Below are positions 7,288 through 16,124 of a DNA stretch of 33,436 nucleotides, in pieces. A program made the translations under genes and the position numbers. The notes below the pieces were generated by a model. The model did no database searches and had not been told where the DNA came from. It saw only the letters and a program-made list of their open reading frames with translations. The DNA comes from Nitrosotalea sp. (GTDB taxonomy: Archaea; Halobacteriota; Syntropharchaeia; Alkanophagales; Methanospirareceae): positions 1 to 33,436 of the forward strand of contig DYFG01000006.1 in the NCBI GenBank assembly GCA_020725315.1, given 5' to 3'. Numbering within the stretch: position 1 is the first letter of the stretch; the number at the start of each line of letters is the position of its first letter.

Positions 7288-7360
7288 CGGAGCCGCTGGG
7301 ATTTGAACCCAGGTCATCGGGTCCGAAGCCCGAAGGGATAGTCCGCTACCACACGACTCC
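7288..7360 (-). tRNA. tRNA-Arg (anticodon UCG), irregular D-arm
   Basis: The minus strand reads GGAGTCGTGTGGTAGCGGACTATCCCTTCGGGCTTCGGACCCGATGACCTGGGTTCAAATCCCAGCGGCTCCG. It has a 7-bp acceptor stem, a perfect anticodon stem TCGGG/CCCGA with loop CTTCGGA, and a perfect T-arm. I could not fold the D-stem cleanly by hand (one extra nt near position 26). Confidence 0.65.
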
Positions 7361-7386
7361 TTATTTATCTTCTCCCCGCAAGAAGA

Positions 7387-7991
7387 CCCCATGCGTAAGC
7401 GTGGGGATGAATTGCGGTTAAACTTACATACTTTTTGCGATATTAAAGAATTGCTATGAAGCTGACCATCCAAGCGGGCATTGTGGGGCTGACCCGAAGG
7501 AAAAAGGAGATTCTCGACAGGGAATACGATAACCTTCAGAGATTTTTGTGGGGCGATAAGACTGTGCCACTCTACTCAGCAAATAAGCAACAGGCATTGA
7601 GATATTACGGAAAAGTTAAGCGGAAGGAATATCCACTTAGCTTAAGAAACGATCTGATAAACTTGAGGGAGGCTAAGGCTTTTTGGTTTCTGAAAATTCC
7701 TGTCTATGGAGTACGAGATGGAATTAAAGTTCCAGTTAAGCCTCATAAGGAATTTCCTCAAGGAAAGCTTTGCGAGAGTAAGATCGTTAAGAAGAATAGA
7801 TATATTGCCATGCTCACTTTCGAGTTTGAAGCCCCACCTATACGCAAATGCTCCTCTCCCCTCGCCGTGGATTTGGGAGAACGCTTCACTGCTACAACGG
7901 TGGGCTATATGCCCTTGTACGGGGCTGCCTGTGAACCAGCCCTTAACCATCCAAGGATGGAAGCCCCTCCCGTTAGGGAGGGGGAGTTCAC
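7387..7991 (+). mobile_element. Decayed IS200/IS605-family element (tnpB-only, PATE-like) with end hairpins
   Basis: An upstream hairpin CCCCATGC-GTAA-GCGTGGGG (7387..7406) and a downstream hairpin CCCCTCCC-GTTA-GGGAGGGG (7964..7983) have similar shape and bracket a truncated tnpB. No tnpA is present. Confidence 0.55.
7456..7905 (+). pseudogene. tnpB: N-terminal fragment of a TnpB/OrfB (IS605-family RNA-guided nuclease-like) gene
   Basis: Starts MKLTIQAGIVGLTRRKKEILDREYDNL..., continues YPLSLRNDLINL...FWFLKIPVYG...IKVPVKPHKEF..., and ends at the RuvC-I-type motif AVDLGERFTATTV. Everything downstream (the rest of RuvC and the Zn finger) is missing. The ORF tail 7906..8043 is non-homologous and overlaps speB. 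Confidence 0.65.
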
Positions 7992-8851
7992 TTTGTTTCA
8001 CCGTAATCCCTCTTCCAATAGCATGCCAATATCTCAAAAATAATCCTCGCGGCGTTAATGCTTGTAATTCCGTTAGTAGTATCCAACTTTGGATTCACTT
8101 CCACCACATCACTTGTAACCACGTTTTTCCTTTCAATTATCCCCTGTATTAAAGAAATCAAGCTTTCAAGCGACATTCCGCAAGGCTCAGGATTTTCTAC
8201 TCCCGGCGCTATGCTCGGATCGAGAGCATCAATATCGATTGAGAGATACGTTTTTTCTTCTCCTTCCTCTATTTCTTCCACTACACCCTCTACACCCTTT
8301 ACTCTTAACATCTCAGCATCGTAGACCCTTACATTGTCTTTTATCAATGCATATTCCTCCACAGAAGCGGATCGGAGGCCTATCTCAACCACATTCTTCA
8401 ATCCTACCATCTCCGCTATCCGCCGCATCACGCATACATTGGAAAATTGAGTGTTTTTATATGACCCCCTAAAATCAGCATGTGCATCTATGGCTATCAC
8501 TTTCGTGACTTCTCCATGCTCAAAAAGGTCTTTGACGAGTGGATAGGAGATGGAATGATCACCACCGATAAAGATCTTCTTTCTCGCGGGGTCAAACTCT
8601 GCAATGCCTTCCCCTTCAACGAACGTTTTGTGCTCTAACTTCACATCACCACGGTCGTAATACAGCAAATAAGACAATTCGAGCTTTCTGTGCCACAAAA
8701 ACGTTTCAAGTCGCTGGGATGCCCTTCTTATCGCTTTTGGTCCTTCTCTTGCCCCTTTCTTGACGGCATTACCGTCATACGGCACACCTATTATCTCATA
8801 CAATGCTTTTTCCTTATCAACTTCTGAGAGCGAGCCTGAGAATTTCATCAC
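7988..8851 (-). CDS. speB: Agmatinase (ureohydrolase family)
   Basis: Ureohydrolase motifs GGDHSISYP, IDAHADF and SIDIDALDPSIAPGV. 287 aa. Confidence 0.9.
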   Translation of the reverse strand: MMKFSGSLSEVDKEKALYEIIGVPYDGNAVKKGAREGPKAIRRASQRLETFLWHRKLELSYLLYYDRGDVKLEHKTFVEGEGIAEFDPARKKIFIGGDHSISYPLVKDLFEHGEVTKVIAIDAHADFRGSYKNTQFSNVCVMRRIAEMVGLKNVVEIGLRSASVEEYALIKDNVRVYDAEMLRVKGVEGVVEEIEEGEEKTYLSIDIDALDPSIAPGVENPEPCGMSLESLISLIQGIIERKNVVTSDVVEVNPKLDTTNGITSINAARIIFEILACYWKRDYGETK

Positions 8852-8940
8852 AAACTTTCTTTACTCTCTTTTGAAAGAAAGACGTTCTTCTTAACGATTT
8901 GCTCAGAGTAAGCGAAAGAGCTATATGCCACCGCTTTTCG

Positions 8941-9447
8941 TTAGCTCGAGCTACCTATATGGTGATTAACTATAGGAACAGCCGAGTTGTGATCTCTGCG
9001 CTCTTCTGCCAAGTATTCTCTAGGATAGCTGGCTTGGACAAACTCTCGAAACTCTTTTTTGAACTTATGAAAGTTCTCAAGGGTGTCAAACCAACGTCGA
9101 TGGAGTTTATTCTCAGCTACGATAATCGGCTCCCATGTGTGCCATAGCTCTTTCACGGCTCTGCACCGATCGTAAATGGTTTCGCAGATGTTCCACGATA
9201 TGAAAGCGAAAGTGCTAAATGCAACGAGCTCATCCTCCTGGAATTTGTTATTGTAATCGCTTGTAAAACTAGGATCCCTGAATCTTGGATGCTCGGTGCC
9301 TAACGTCAGGAATTGCTGATAAAGAAGGTCTATGTCAGCATAGGACGCAATCTTTTGCGTCCTGAACCAAGTGTAGACCGAAATAATGATAGCAACTATA
9401 GCTGCAGCAACAGCTATGCCGGATGTCAAGTCCCAGCCTATCTCCAT
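8941..9447 (-). CDS. Hypothetical membrane-anchored protein (single N-terminal TM helix), orphan cassette
   Basis: 168-aa ORF with an N-terminal hydrophobic helix (GIAVAAAIVAIIISVYTWF) and a Trp/Phe-rich soluble domain. AGGAG lies 8 nt upstream of the ATG. The last 11 codons run across a duplicated copy of the pheT 3' end. Confidence 0.55.
   Translation of the reverse strand: MEIGWDLTSGIAVAAAIVAIIISVYTWFRTQKIASYADIDLLYQQFLTLGTEHPRFRDPSFTSDYNNKFQEDELVAFSTFAFISWNICETIYDRCRAVKELWHTWEPIIVAENKLHRRWFDTLENFHKFKKEFREFVQASYPREYLAEERRDHNSAVPIVNHHIGSSS
8959..8974 (+). repeat. 16-bp direct repeat ATGGTGATTAACTATA (copy 1)
   Basis: Identical to 9584..9599. Confidence 0.9.
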
Positions 9448-9580
9448 TTTATGGCTCTCCTTTAGAGGAGTGAGAACTTGAACTTCTATTTACTTCGCGC
9501 TCAAGCGTCTTGTTTCCCCTCTTCGTTTCCATTCTTGGCATGCTATAATCCTCACCATTCTTTTTATAACTTCGGGTTAA

Positions 9581-11221
9581 TTAATGGTGATTAACTATAT
9601 CCACCTCAAACCCCACCACGGGATGATCCAGCCCAAAATTAAGGATTACCTCTGGGTGTATTTCACCAAAAACGCCTATATTTTTGTTTCCTAGCATTAT
9701 ATCCGCTCTTCTGCCTTCTAAAAAGGCATCATCCTCTGAGTCCACGACTTCCACTTCTGCCATTCCCATCTCCTTGAGTACCGCATCAACTACCGACTTA
9801 ACTTCTGCGAAGTTCGCATGTGCATGCGTTGAAACCGCCGCAAGCATGTATTTCTCCTTGAACTTCAAGATTACCTGACCAACCTCAAAAATCCGCTGTG
9901 GTAAATCACGATGCTTGTTGATCGAGAGGATCTCTAACAAATTGGGGAGGATAGAACACCTGAGCATGGTATGCTCCAAGCTTATGGGAGATGCAACCGC
10001 TACTTTTTCCTCTTCTCTTCTCGTTCTCCTCATTAACTCAAACTGTTTCCTCTCCGAGGTCAGCGTGAATGTCATCACCTCAAAGTATCCCAAGCCCGTC
10101 ATTATTTCCCTCAAAGCTATCTTTTTCTCCTCTACCGGATGCACCTCCCCTATAACCATCGCGCCTGGGATCTCAGGCTTTATCCTGTCATAGCCATAAC
10201 CGATAGCGATGTCTTCAATGATGTCCCATGGATGGAGTATATCATACCGATAAGCCGGTATCTTCACCTCTATCATTCCTTCGGGTTTCACATCCGCACC
10301 AAATCCCATTCGCTCACAGCACTTCTTACATTCCTCTGCACTTAAATCAATACCCAGAAGAGAGTGCACTTCTTCCACCGATACTTCCATCCTCTTAGGC
10401 TCAAAATAGGGTGTTTCCCTTTTCTCCACTCTTCTATCGGTCGGGGATCGAAGCGTCACCGATTGAATCTGTCCACCCCGCTCTCCAAGTGCATATGCGA
10501 TAATATTGAGTGCAATTGAAACATGCTCACTCAAGCCCGTAACATCTATAAATATCTCCGTTGTAGATTCAGTAACCCTCGTCAGCTCCGCATTGATAAT
10601 GGGTGGAAAAGAAAGAACGTTCCCTTCTGAATCGAGAATCAATGGGTATTTAGCTTTCCCTTCGAGAATGTACCGGTAACCAATCCCCTTTGGGTGCTTC
10701 TCTAAGATCTCTGCCATCGTCATCTCCTCTTCGTAGTCAAGTGGAACGAAAGAGAAACTTGGGTCAACTGCAAGGTACCTAAATGGGGGTTTCACCTTAG
10801 CCAGATCGTGCACACCCACCGAGACATTTTTTCTGTTCCGACCTAACCCTCGATGCAAATGTTCTTGCAAGAGCATTAGTGATTCTATCCCCCGTGAATC
10901 AAAATGCAAGTTCTTTACCACACCGCAGACGATATACGGTCGTACGTCCAGAACCGAGGGCTCGATTACCATCTCGATGCCCGATCGCTCAACGTTATAA
11001 CTCCTTAATCCCGGTTCGATCTCCAAAAATTGTTTCAGAGCACGAGAAACACCTTCAACACTGAAAAGATCAGGTCGGTTTGGGGGGAACTCCACATCCA
11101 TATAGTCCTCTTCTATTCGTTCTACATCCGCGCACAGTAGCGGCAGACGTTCCTTTATCTTTTTAATACTCACACCGGAAAGGTTTTCCAGGTCATCGTA
11201 AAATAATCTTATTACGGGCAT
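9581..11221 (-). CDS. pheT: Phenylalanyl-tRNA synthetase beta subunit (archaeal type)
   Basis: 546 aa. MPVIRLFYDDLENL...EDYMDVEFPPNRPDLFSVEGVSRAL, B3/4 and B5 region patterns, and C-terminal FGEIHPEVILNFGLDHPVVGFE. Confidence 0.9.
   Translation of the reverse strand: MPVIRLFYDDLENLSGVSIKKIKERLPLLCADVERIEEDYMDVEFPPNRPDLFSVEGVSRALKQFLEIEPGLRSYNVERSGIEMVIEPSVLDVRPYIVCGVVKNLHFDSRGIESLMLLQEHLHRGLGRNRKNVSVGVHDLAKVKPPFRYLAVDPSFSFVPLDYEEEMTMAEILEKHPKGIGYRYILEGKAKYPLILDSEGNVLSFPPIINAELTRVTESTTEIFIDVTGLSEHVSIALNIIAYALGERGGQIQSVTLRSPTDRRVEKRETPYFEPKRMEVSVEEVHSLLGIDLSAEECKKCCERMGFGADVKPEGMIEVKIPAYRYDILHPWDIIEDIAIGYGYDRIKPEIPGAMVIGEVHPVEEKKIALREIMTGLGYFEVMTFTLTSERKQFELMRRTRREEEKVAVASPISLEHTMLRCSILPNLLEILSINKHRDLPQRIFEVGQVILKFKEKYMLAAVSTHAHANFAEVKSVVDAVLKEMGMAEVEVVDSEDDAFLEGRRADIMLGNKNIGVFGEIHPEVILNFGLDHPVVGFEVDIVNHH
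9584..9599 (+). repeat. 16-bp direct repeat ATGGTGATTAACTATA (copy 2, the last codons of pheT)
   Basis: Identical to 8959..8974. Encodes (minus strand) the IVNHH C-terminus of PheT. Confidence 0.9.
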
Positions 11222-11240
11222 GTTCTATATCCCCATTTTT

Positions 11241-11561
11241 TCACACGACCTTTTCATCGCTGCTAACCTCTCCCTTCTCTCTTCTCAAAGCGCCTCCTGT
11301 AAGATAGAAGTCCCTCCAGGGATAGATATTTCCTGCAAAAGTAAACCCTTTCTCCTCATTCAGCGTCTTCAGTCCATGCTTCCCCATATGCCTCAAAAAT
11401 GTTCGTCGTACGTTATCGCCCTCTCTTCTGCTTAGAGTCCGCGCTTCTACGTCTCTAAACGCCTTTTGCGCCGCAATAAAAAGATTCCACGCTTCCACTA
11501 TCTCCTCATCCTCATCTTCGAGGTTCAGAAATTTCGCTATCAGGTCCTTTTGATTCATCAT
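11241..11561 (-). CDS. Hypothetical protein (106 aa)
   Basis: The ORF begins ATGATG immediately after the nadX TAG stop, in the same frame. I recognise no family. Confidence 0.45.
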   Translation of the reverse strand: MMNQKDLIAKFLNLEDEDEEIVEAWNLFIAAQKAFRDVEARTLSRREGDNVRRTFLRHMGKHGLKTLNEEKGFTFAGNIYPWRDFYLTGGALRREKGEVSSDEKVV

Positions 11562-12419
11562 CTATGTTCCCACTCGTATCGGAGAAGATAAGCGTTTCAG
11601 TGTTGCTATTGCAGAAAGAGCAGCTAAATAGCTCGTCTTTGGATTTGCAGCCGAGGGGACGTTTTCTACCCGCACGAATAATTTACCAAATTCACCCTCT
11701 GCTTCTATCTCATGCACGTTCTCTTTCGCAGCGGGGTCTGCAATTATCTTCACCCTCGTCGCCTCTGAACCTATACCTGCAATGCTCAAAGAAGCAGCAA
11801 CGTTTACATTCTCAGAAAAATGTCTCACCGCTTCCTTCGCGGAACCTATGAACAATGTTCTCTCCTTCGTTATTGAATGCAAATCTATTCCCCTTTCCCT
11901 AACATACTCATTCCCCTCAAACCCCAGGGGGGGCTTTCTTGTCGTCAATGCTACCGAATGCATCCCGCCAATAACGCCTGATTTCAGACCATCTATTCCC
12001 GCCACAGCACCTGACGGGATATACACGCTACATCTCTTTTCCCTCGATATACGTTCAACTTCTTCAAGAAGGCCAGGATCAGATAACAGTGCACCAACAC
12101 TCAATATCATCACGTCTTTACCCTTCTTTAACGCAGGTATTACAAACTCACGAACCGCAGCCTGCGAAGCGCACTCTATTACCAGATCAACCTCTTCTAA
12201 AATTTCATCCAGTCCTGTGACACCTGACCTTGTTATGTCAGGTCTCTTTCTCAGGCTTTTACTCAGTTGTTCTATCTTCTCAGGATGGGTGTCAATCAAA
12301 AATTTCAGCTCCATCCCTAACTTTAACTCACGTCCACTTACTTCATCCGCGTCTATCGCCTTGCATATCACACTTCCTATCGCACCGCAGCCGATTACAC
12401 CCACTCTTATCTTTGCCAT
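11562..12419 (-). CDS. nadX: L-aspartate dehydrogenase
   Basis: N-terminal Rossmann motif VGVIGCGAIGS, central PSGAVAGIDGLK, and C-terminal NPKTSYLAALSAIATL, all typical of NadX. Divergent from nadC. TAG stop. Confidence 0.8.
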   Translation of the reverse strand: MAKIRVGVIGCGAIGSVICKAIDADEVSGRELKLGMELKFLIDTHPEKIEQLSKSLRKRPDITRSGVTGLDEILEEVDLVIECASQAAVREFVIPALKKGKDVMILSVGALLSDPGLLEEVERISREKRCSVYIPSGAVAGIDGLKSGVIGGMHSVALTTRKPPLGFEGNEYVRERGIDLHSITKERTLFIGSAKEAVRHFSENVNVAASLSIAGIGSEATRVKIIADPAAKENVHEIEAEGEFGKLFVRVENVPSAANPKTSYLAALSAIATLKRLSSPIRVGT

Positions 12420-12480
12420 TTTTTACAATGAATGAAGAGAACTGTGCTAAACGAGAGATTTTTGATAAAACATTCTTTAC

Positions 12481-12488
12481 TTTATAAG
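12481..12488 (+). promoter_or_regulatory. TATA-box candidate for nadC (short or absent leader)
   Basis: TTTATAAG lies about 20-25 nt upstream of the ATG at 12506, in an AT-rich divergent intergenic region. Confidence 0.4.
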
Positions 12489-12505
12489 ATAAGGTTTATT
12501 TGCAG

Positions 12506-13330
12506 ATGTTGCTGAAGGAAATAGAGAGTTTTCTGGAGGAAGATATAGGACAGGAGGATTACGAGGAGATAGTGCCCTATACCGATTGTAAAGCGGAGAT
12601 AACGGTGAAAGAAGAGGGTATCCTCGCAGGGTTAGAGGAGGTGAAACAGATATTTGACTATTTGTCTGTACAACATGCCTCCGAATTTAAAGATGGGGTT
12701 AGAATAAAAAGCGGCGATACTATTTTGACGTTGAGGGGACCTGGTGCGAAGATATTGAAGGGAGAACGACTTGTACTTAATCTCTTAGGGCGGATGAGTG
12801 GTATAGCGACTCTCACGAGTATGTTTGTAAATGAGGCGAGGAAGGTAAATGAGCAGGTAAGGGTTGCGGGGACGAGGAAAACAACGCCGGGCTTCAGGAA
12901 ATACGAGAAGAAAGCGATAGCTATTGGTGGAGGAGACCCACACCGATTCGGATTGTATGAGGCTATCATAATAAAAGACAATTATATTCAGCTGATGGGG
13001 CTGGAGAACGCGATAAAAAAGGCGAAAGAGAAAGCAAGTTTTACACGAAAAATCGAGGTTGAAGTTGAAAGCATAGAGGATGCGCTCCGTGCGGCGGAAT
13101 TGAAGGTTGATATTATCATGCTGGATAACATGAAGCCAGCGGAAGTAAAAGAGTGCATGAGGTTGCTGACCGAACGAAGGCTTCGAGAGGGGTTGATTCT
13201 GGAGGTATCGGGAGGGGTAAATTTGGAAAATATTAAAGCTTTTGCATCCACGGGTGTGGATGTTGTTTCAACCGGCATGATTACCCATTCAGCGAGATCT
13301 TTGGGCTTTTCGCTGACGGTGGTGGAGTAG
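12506..13330 (+). CDS. nadC: Nicotinate-nucleotide pyrophosphorylase (quinolinate phosphoribosyltransferase)
   Basis: Shows the NadC pattern: LLGRMSGIATLT, AGTRKTTPGFRKYEKKAIAIGGGDPHRFGLYEAIIIKDN, IMLDNM and EVSGGVNLENI. The track ORF starts at TTG 12500, but ATG 12506 is more likely. TAG stop. Confidence 0.9.
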   Translation: MLLKEIESFLEEDIGQEDYEEIVPYTDCKAEITVKEEGILAGLEEVKQIFDYLSVQHASEFKDGVRIKSGDTILTLRGPGAKILKGERLVLNLLGRMSGIATLTSMFVNEARKVNEQVRVAGTRKTTPGFRKYEKKAIAIGGGDPHRFGLYEAIIIKDNYIQLMGLENAIKKAKEKASFTRKIEVEVESIEDALRAAELKVDIIMLDNMKPAEVKECMRLLTERRLREGLILEVSGGVNLENIKAFASTGVDVVSTGMITHSARSLGFSLTVVE

Positions 13331-13352
13331 ACCAATATGCGTGTGGAGAGGG

Positions 13353-13733
13353 TTAGTCTATTGTTATCAACACCTTCCTTCGTACCTTGGGCAGGGTTAT
13401 CCTGAGAATACCGTTCTTAAAAATTGCTTCTGCTTTTTCAGGCTCTATGGGCTCTGGTAACCTTATTTGTTTCCTGAACGCCTGGAATGTTATCTTCTTT
13501 TGAACGATACCCCACCGCTCCCAGCAAACGGCATCGCTCATCTTCGCTATCACCTCGAGCGTATCCCCGGTCGTATTTATCTTCACGTTCTCTTTCCTTA
13601 CCCGTGGCAGGTCAAAGGTAACGAGTATCTCATCCCCTTTATCTTCCACCTCGTATAATGGCTCTAAATTGCCATTGTGTTCCCATGTCGCCTTTAATAT
13701 CCTTCGTTCTATTTCCATCTCTCCCTTTTCCAC
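13353..13733 (-). CDS. hsp20: Hsp20/alpha-crystallin family small heat-shock protein
   Basis: Contains ILVTFDLPRVRKENVKIN...LEVIA...FRKQIRLPEPIEPEKAEAIFKNGILRITLPK. Confidence 0.8.
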   Translation of the reverse strand: MEKGEMEIERRILKATWEHNGNLEPLYEVEDKGDEILVTFDLPRVRKENVKINTTGDTLEVIAKMSDAVCWERWGIVQKKITFQAFRKQIRLPEPIEPEKAEAIFKNGILRITLPKVRRKVLITID

Positions 13734-13755
13734 CCTCTATCCTCTTTTATCCCGG

Positions 13756-14544
13756 TCACCGATACATGATGGGCATATCCTGCTCCATGCCCTTTTGCAT
13801 CTCCGAAGCCGAAAGCGCGGTCTGCTGCATAAGGTCACGAGCTTTGAGTTTTATCTCCCCGGCATTTTCTAACAATTCACCAACGTCCACCGTAATCTGC
13901 GGTGAGAACCTCTTTACGGATTCTATTGCCGATGCCGCCGCACCTGGATCGGGATACACGGGGAAGCACTGTGCGAGCAAGGAAATCGCACTCAATCTCC
14001 TCTTCGTGCATTCCCAGAGCATCATTGCATACGTACCTGCGATAAACCCCTCTTCCAGAAACTCCATCTGTTTATCCTTCAACTCCTCCATGGCAGCTTC
14101 GTTGTTTCCAACGCCAAACACCTCAGGCTTCTCTATATCCATCCTGTTCTTCACCGGCAACCCCTTTATCGAGATGATAAGCTTTGCATCAATTTTATGA
14201 AACCAATCAGCCAAAGCGGTCGTCAGTGGATAAACCGCTCTAGGCGGTACTGCAACTTCTGATAACACCACTACAATACCTCCGTCTTTATCGCTGTATA
14301 TCCTGAAAGGATTTTTCAATTTACCCTCATGTATTACCATAACCGGTACAAACAAATCCGATTCGATGTAGCCTATCTCCTTATAATCCATCTTCTCGAC
14401 GATGTAAGAGGCTGCGATTGTTCCTACCAGCCCCACATCTGGTAAGCCCTCTATCACTATCGGCTCTTTATGTATTATCCCTTCCTCTTCCACTATCCTC
14501 ACGACTTCATCCATTTCTATTTTAAAATAAAGAGGGGAAAGCAA
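13756..14544 (-). CDS. PAC2-family proteasome assembly chaperone-like protein
   Basis: PIVIEGLPDVGLVGTIAASYIV near the N-terminus is typical of archaeal PAC2/DUF75 proteins. The start may be the second Met (about 14514). Confidence 0.65.
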   Translation of the reverse strand: MLSPLYFKIEMDEVVRIVEEEGIIHKEPIVIEGLPDVGLVGTIAASYIVEKMDYKEIGYIESDLFVPVMVIHEGKLKNPFRIYSDKDGGIVVVLSEVAVPPRAVYPLTTALADWFHKIDAKLIISIKGLPVKNRMDIEKPEVFGVGNNEAAMEELKDKQMEFLEEGFIAGTYAMMLWECTKRRLSAISLLAQCFPVYPDPGAAASAIESVKRFSPQITVDVGELLENAGEIKLKARDLMQQTALSASEMQKGMEQDMPIMYR

Positions 14545-14582
14545 AAATTTAAAGATAAACTTGGATAAATAAAAATACTGTT

Positions 14583-16124
14583 ATGAAAATTATATTTAAT
14601 GGTGAGCCCCGAGAAGGCAAAAGCAAACGGTTAGGAGACCTTATCAAAGAATTAGATGGTGTCTATAAGCAGGGGTGTATAGTAGCGGTTATCTCGGAGA
14701 AAAAGGGCGGGGAGTTAAAAAACGAATTCTCTCTGGAAACAGCGAAAGGAGAGGCGAGGATAAAGATTGCCAGAGAGAAAGAGACAGAAGCGGTGCCATT
14801 ATTCCATAAGGTGTATAAAAAATTCCATAATGATGCGGGTAGAGTGGGATGGGTAAGTGAGGATATAACTGCTATTGGACCAATTGGAACAAATTTAAGG
14901 GTTGAAAAAAGCGAGCAGAGATATAAGAAATGGGATGTCTTCTTCGGCTTTGGTGGTTTTGACCCGGGCATGACGTACCTTATGATAAGCAAGCGCGAGC
15001 ATGAAGCGGCGTATGGTACGGGCATCGATGCCCTCATTGGGAGATTAACGAGGGGGAGAAGCATTGTTGCGGAATTGGACGAAGGTGATAAAATAGAGGC
15101 GATACGTCCGCTCGTAACAAAGGCGGAGAGGATTGGCTTCGTCACTTCAGACTTGAATACCGAGATAAAAGAAGGGCAGGAGATATTCACGTTTGCAAAG
15201 ATAAAACTCTCTCAAGAAGCACCGATGTCAAGTGAACATTTCTTATCGCTCGTACGGGAAGAGATTATCCACGTAGATCTCCGTACACAGACGTATCTTG
15301 CTTCAGAAGCTCTAAAAGGACTTAGTTTACCTGTTGAGAACATTCAGTATCGGTCAAAATATTACCTCTCCGTAAGGAATACAGGGACAGAGAAAGGTAA
15401 AGTTTATGCATATAAGGAGAGCAGATTGCCTAACCCTTCTCATAACGTATTTGGTGAAGTGATACAGGGTGGGGATTTGATAGAGTACGCACAAGCGGGT
15501 GATACGATTTACACGGTGACTGAGCCGAAGTGGATGATGGTGGTGGGGAGAACACAGAAGGAAGCAGAAGAGTTTTTTGAGCGTGAGGATATCGAGCAGG
15601 TAAGGGAAGGGAATAAAGGTGATAATGCGGTGGTTGTAGACCAGATACCGGCATTGACGATGGATATTATGGAAAAGGGGACAGTAAGAACAGTTGGTGT
15701 TGAAGAAGAAGCAGTGTTTGACGTGGTATTATTTCATGAAGAAGCGCCTAAGACCGTATGGTATTTCAAAAAGATTACAGGATTGATTAACCGGCCGATA
15801 GGCTATTTAAAAGTATTTTTCACCGCCCCCGGGATGATGGTTCTCTTTCAAGGAAGAGCAGATGAAGCGGGGACACTTATCCCCGAGAACTTGCCAAAGG
15901 GGGTGGTTCAAGAGGGAATGCTCGGCGTTACAAACATGTCGAGGGCGAACCGCGGGATGATGGGAATACGATTGGATGAGAGCAGAGAATATGGACCCAC
16001 GGGTGAGACCTTCGATGGTACAAACATCGTCCTTTCAATTCCGTCCCTCACACCTTCAACGAAGTCCTTCCTCAGCAAGCTCAAAGAAGGGGATGTCATT
16101 TATGTGAAAGAAAGGTTTAGATGA
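14583..16124 (+). CDS. Methanogenesis marker protein 3 (UPF0288-like)
   Basis: 513 aa. The N-terminus MKIIFNGEPREGKSKRLGDLI...YKQGCIVAVI and the overall length match my recollection of the marker-3 family. Not verified by search. Confidence 0.55.
   Translation: MKIIFNGEPREGKSKRLGDLIKELDGVYKQGCIVAVISEKKGGELKNEFSLETAKGEARIKIAREKETEAVPLFHKVYKKFHNDAGRVGWVSEDITAIGPIGTNLRVEKSEQRYKKWDVFFGFGGFDPGMTYLMISKREHEAAYGTGIDALIGRLTRGRSIVAELDEGDKIEAIRPLVTKAERIGFVTSDLNTEIKEGQEIFTFAKIKLSQEAPMSSEHFLSLVREEIIHVDLRTQTYLASEALKGLSLPVENIQYRSKYYLSVRNTGTEKGKVYAYKESRLPNPSHNVFGEVIQGGDLIEYAQAGDTIYTVTEPKWMMVVGRTQKEAEEFFEREDIEQVREGNKGDNAVVVDQIPALTMDIMEKGTVRTVGVEEEAVFDVVLFHEEAPKTVWYFKKITGLINRPIGYLKVFFTAPGMMVLFQGRADEAGTLIPENLPKGVVQEGMLGVTNMSRANRGMMGIRLDESREYGPTGETFDGTNIVLSIPSLTPSTKSFLSKLKEGDVIYVKERFR

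Noticed and set aside
7992-8016. GTTTCACCGTAATCCCTCTTCCAAT resembling a CRISPR repeat
   Set aside because: It is a single copy and is simply the coding 3' end of speB on the other strand.
11782-12435. 217-aa ORF antisense to nadX. Similar shadow ORFs occur at 12988..13335, 13658..14200 and 14663..15190.
   Set aside because: These are antisense shadows of well-supported genes with no family resemblance.
16121-16124. ATGA stop/start overlap between methanogenesis marker 3 and nrdJ as a functional link
   Set aside because: Four-nucleotide overlaps are common in compact operons. Adjacency alone is not evidence of a shared pathway.
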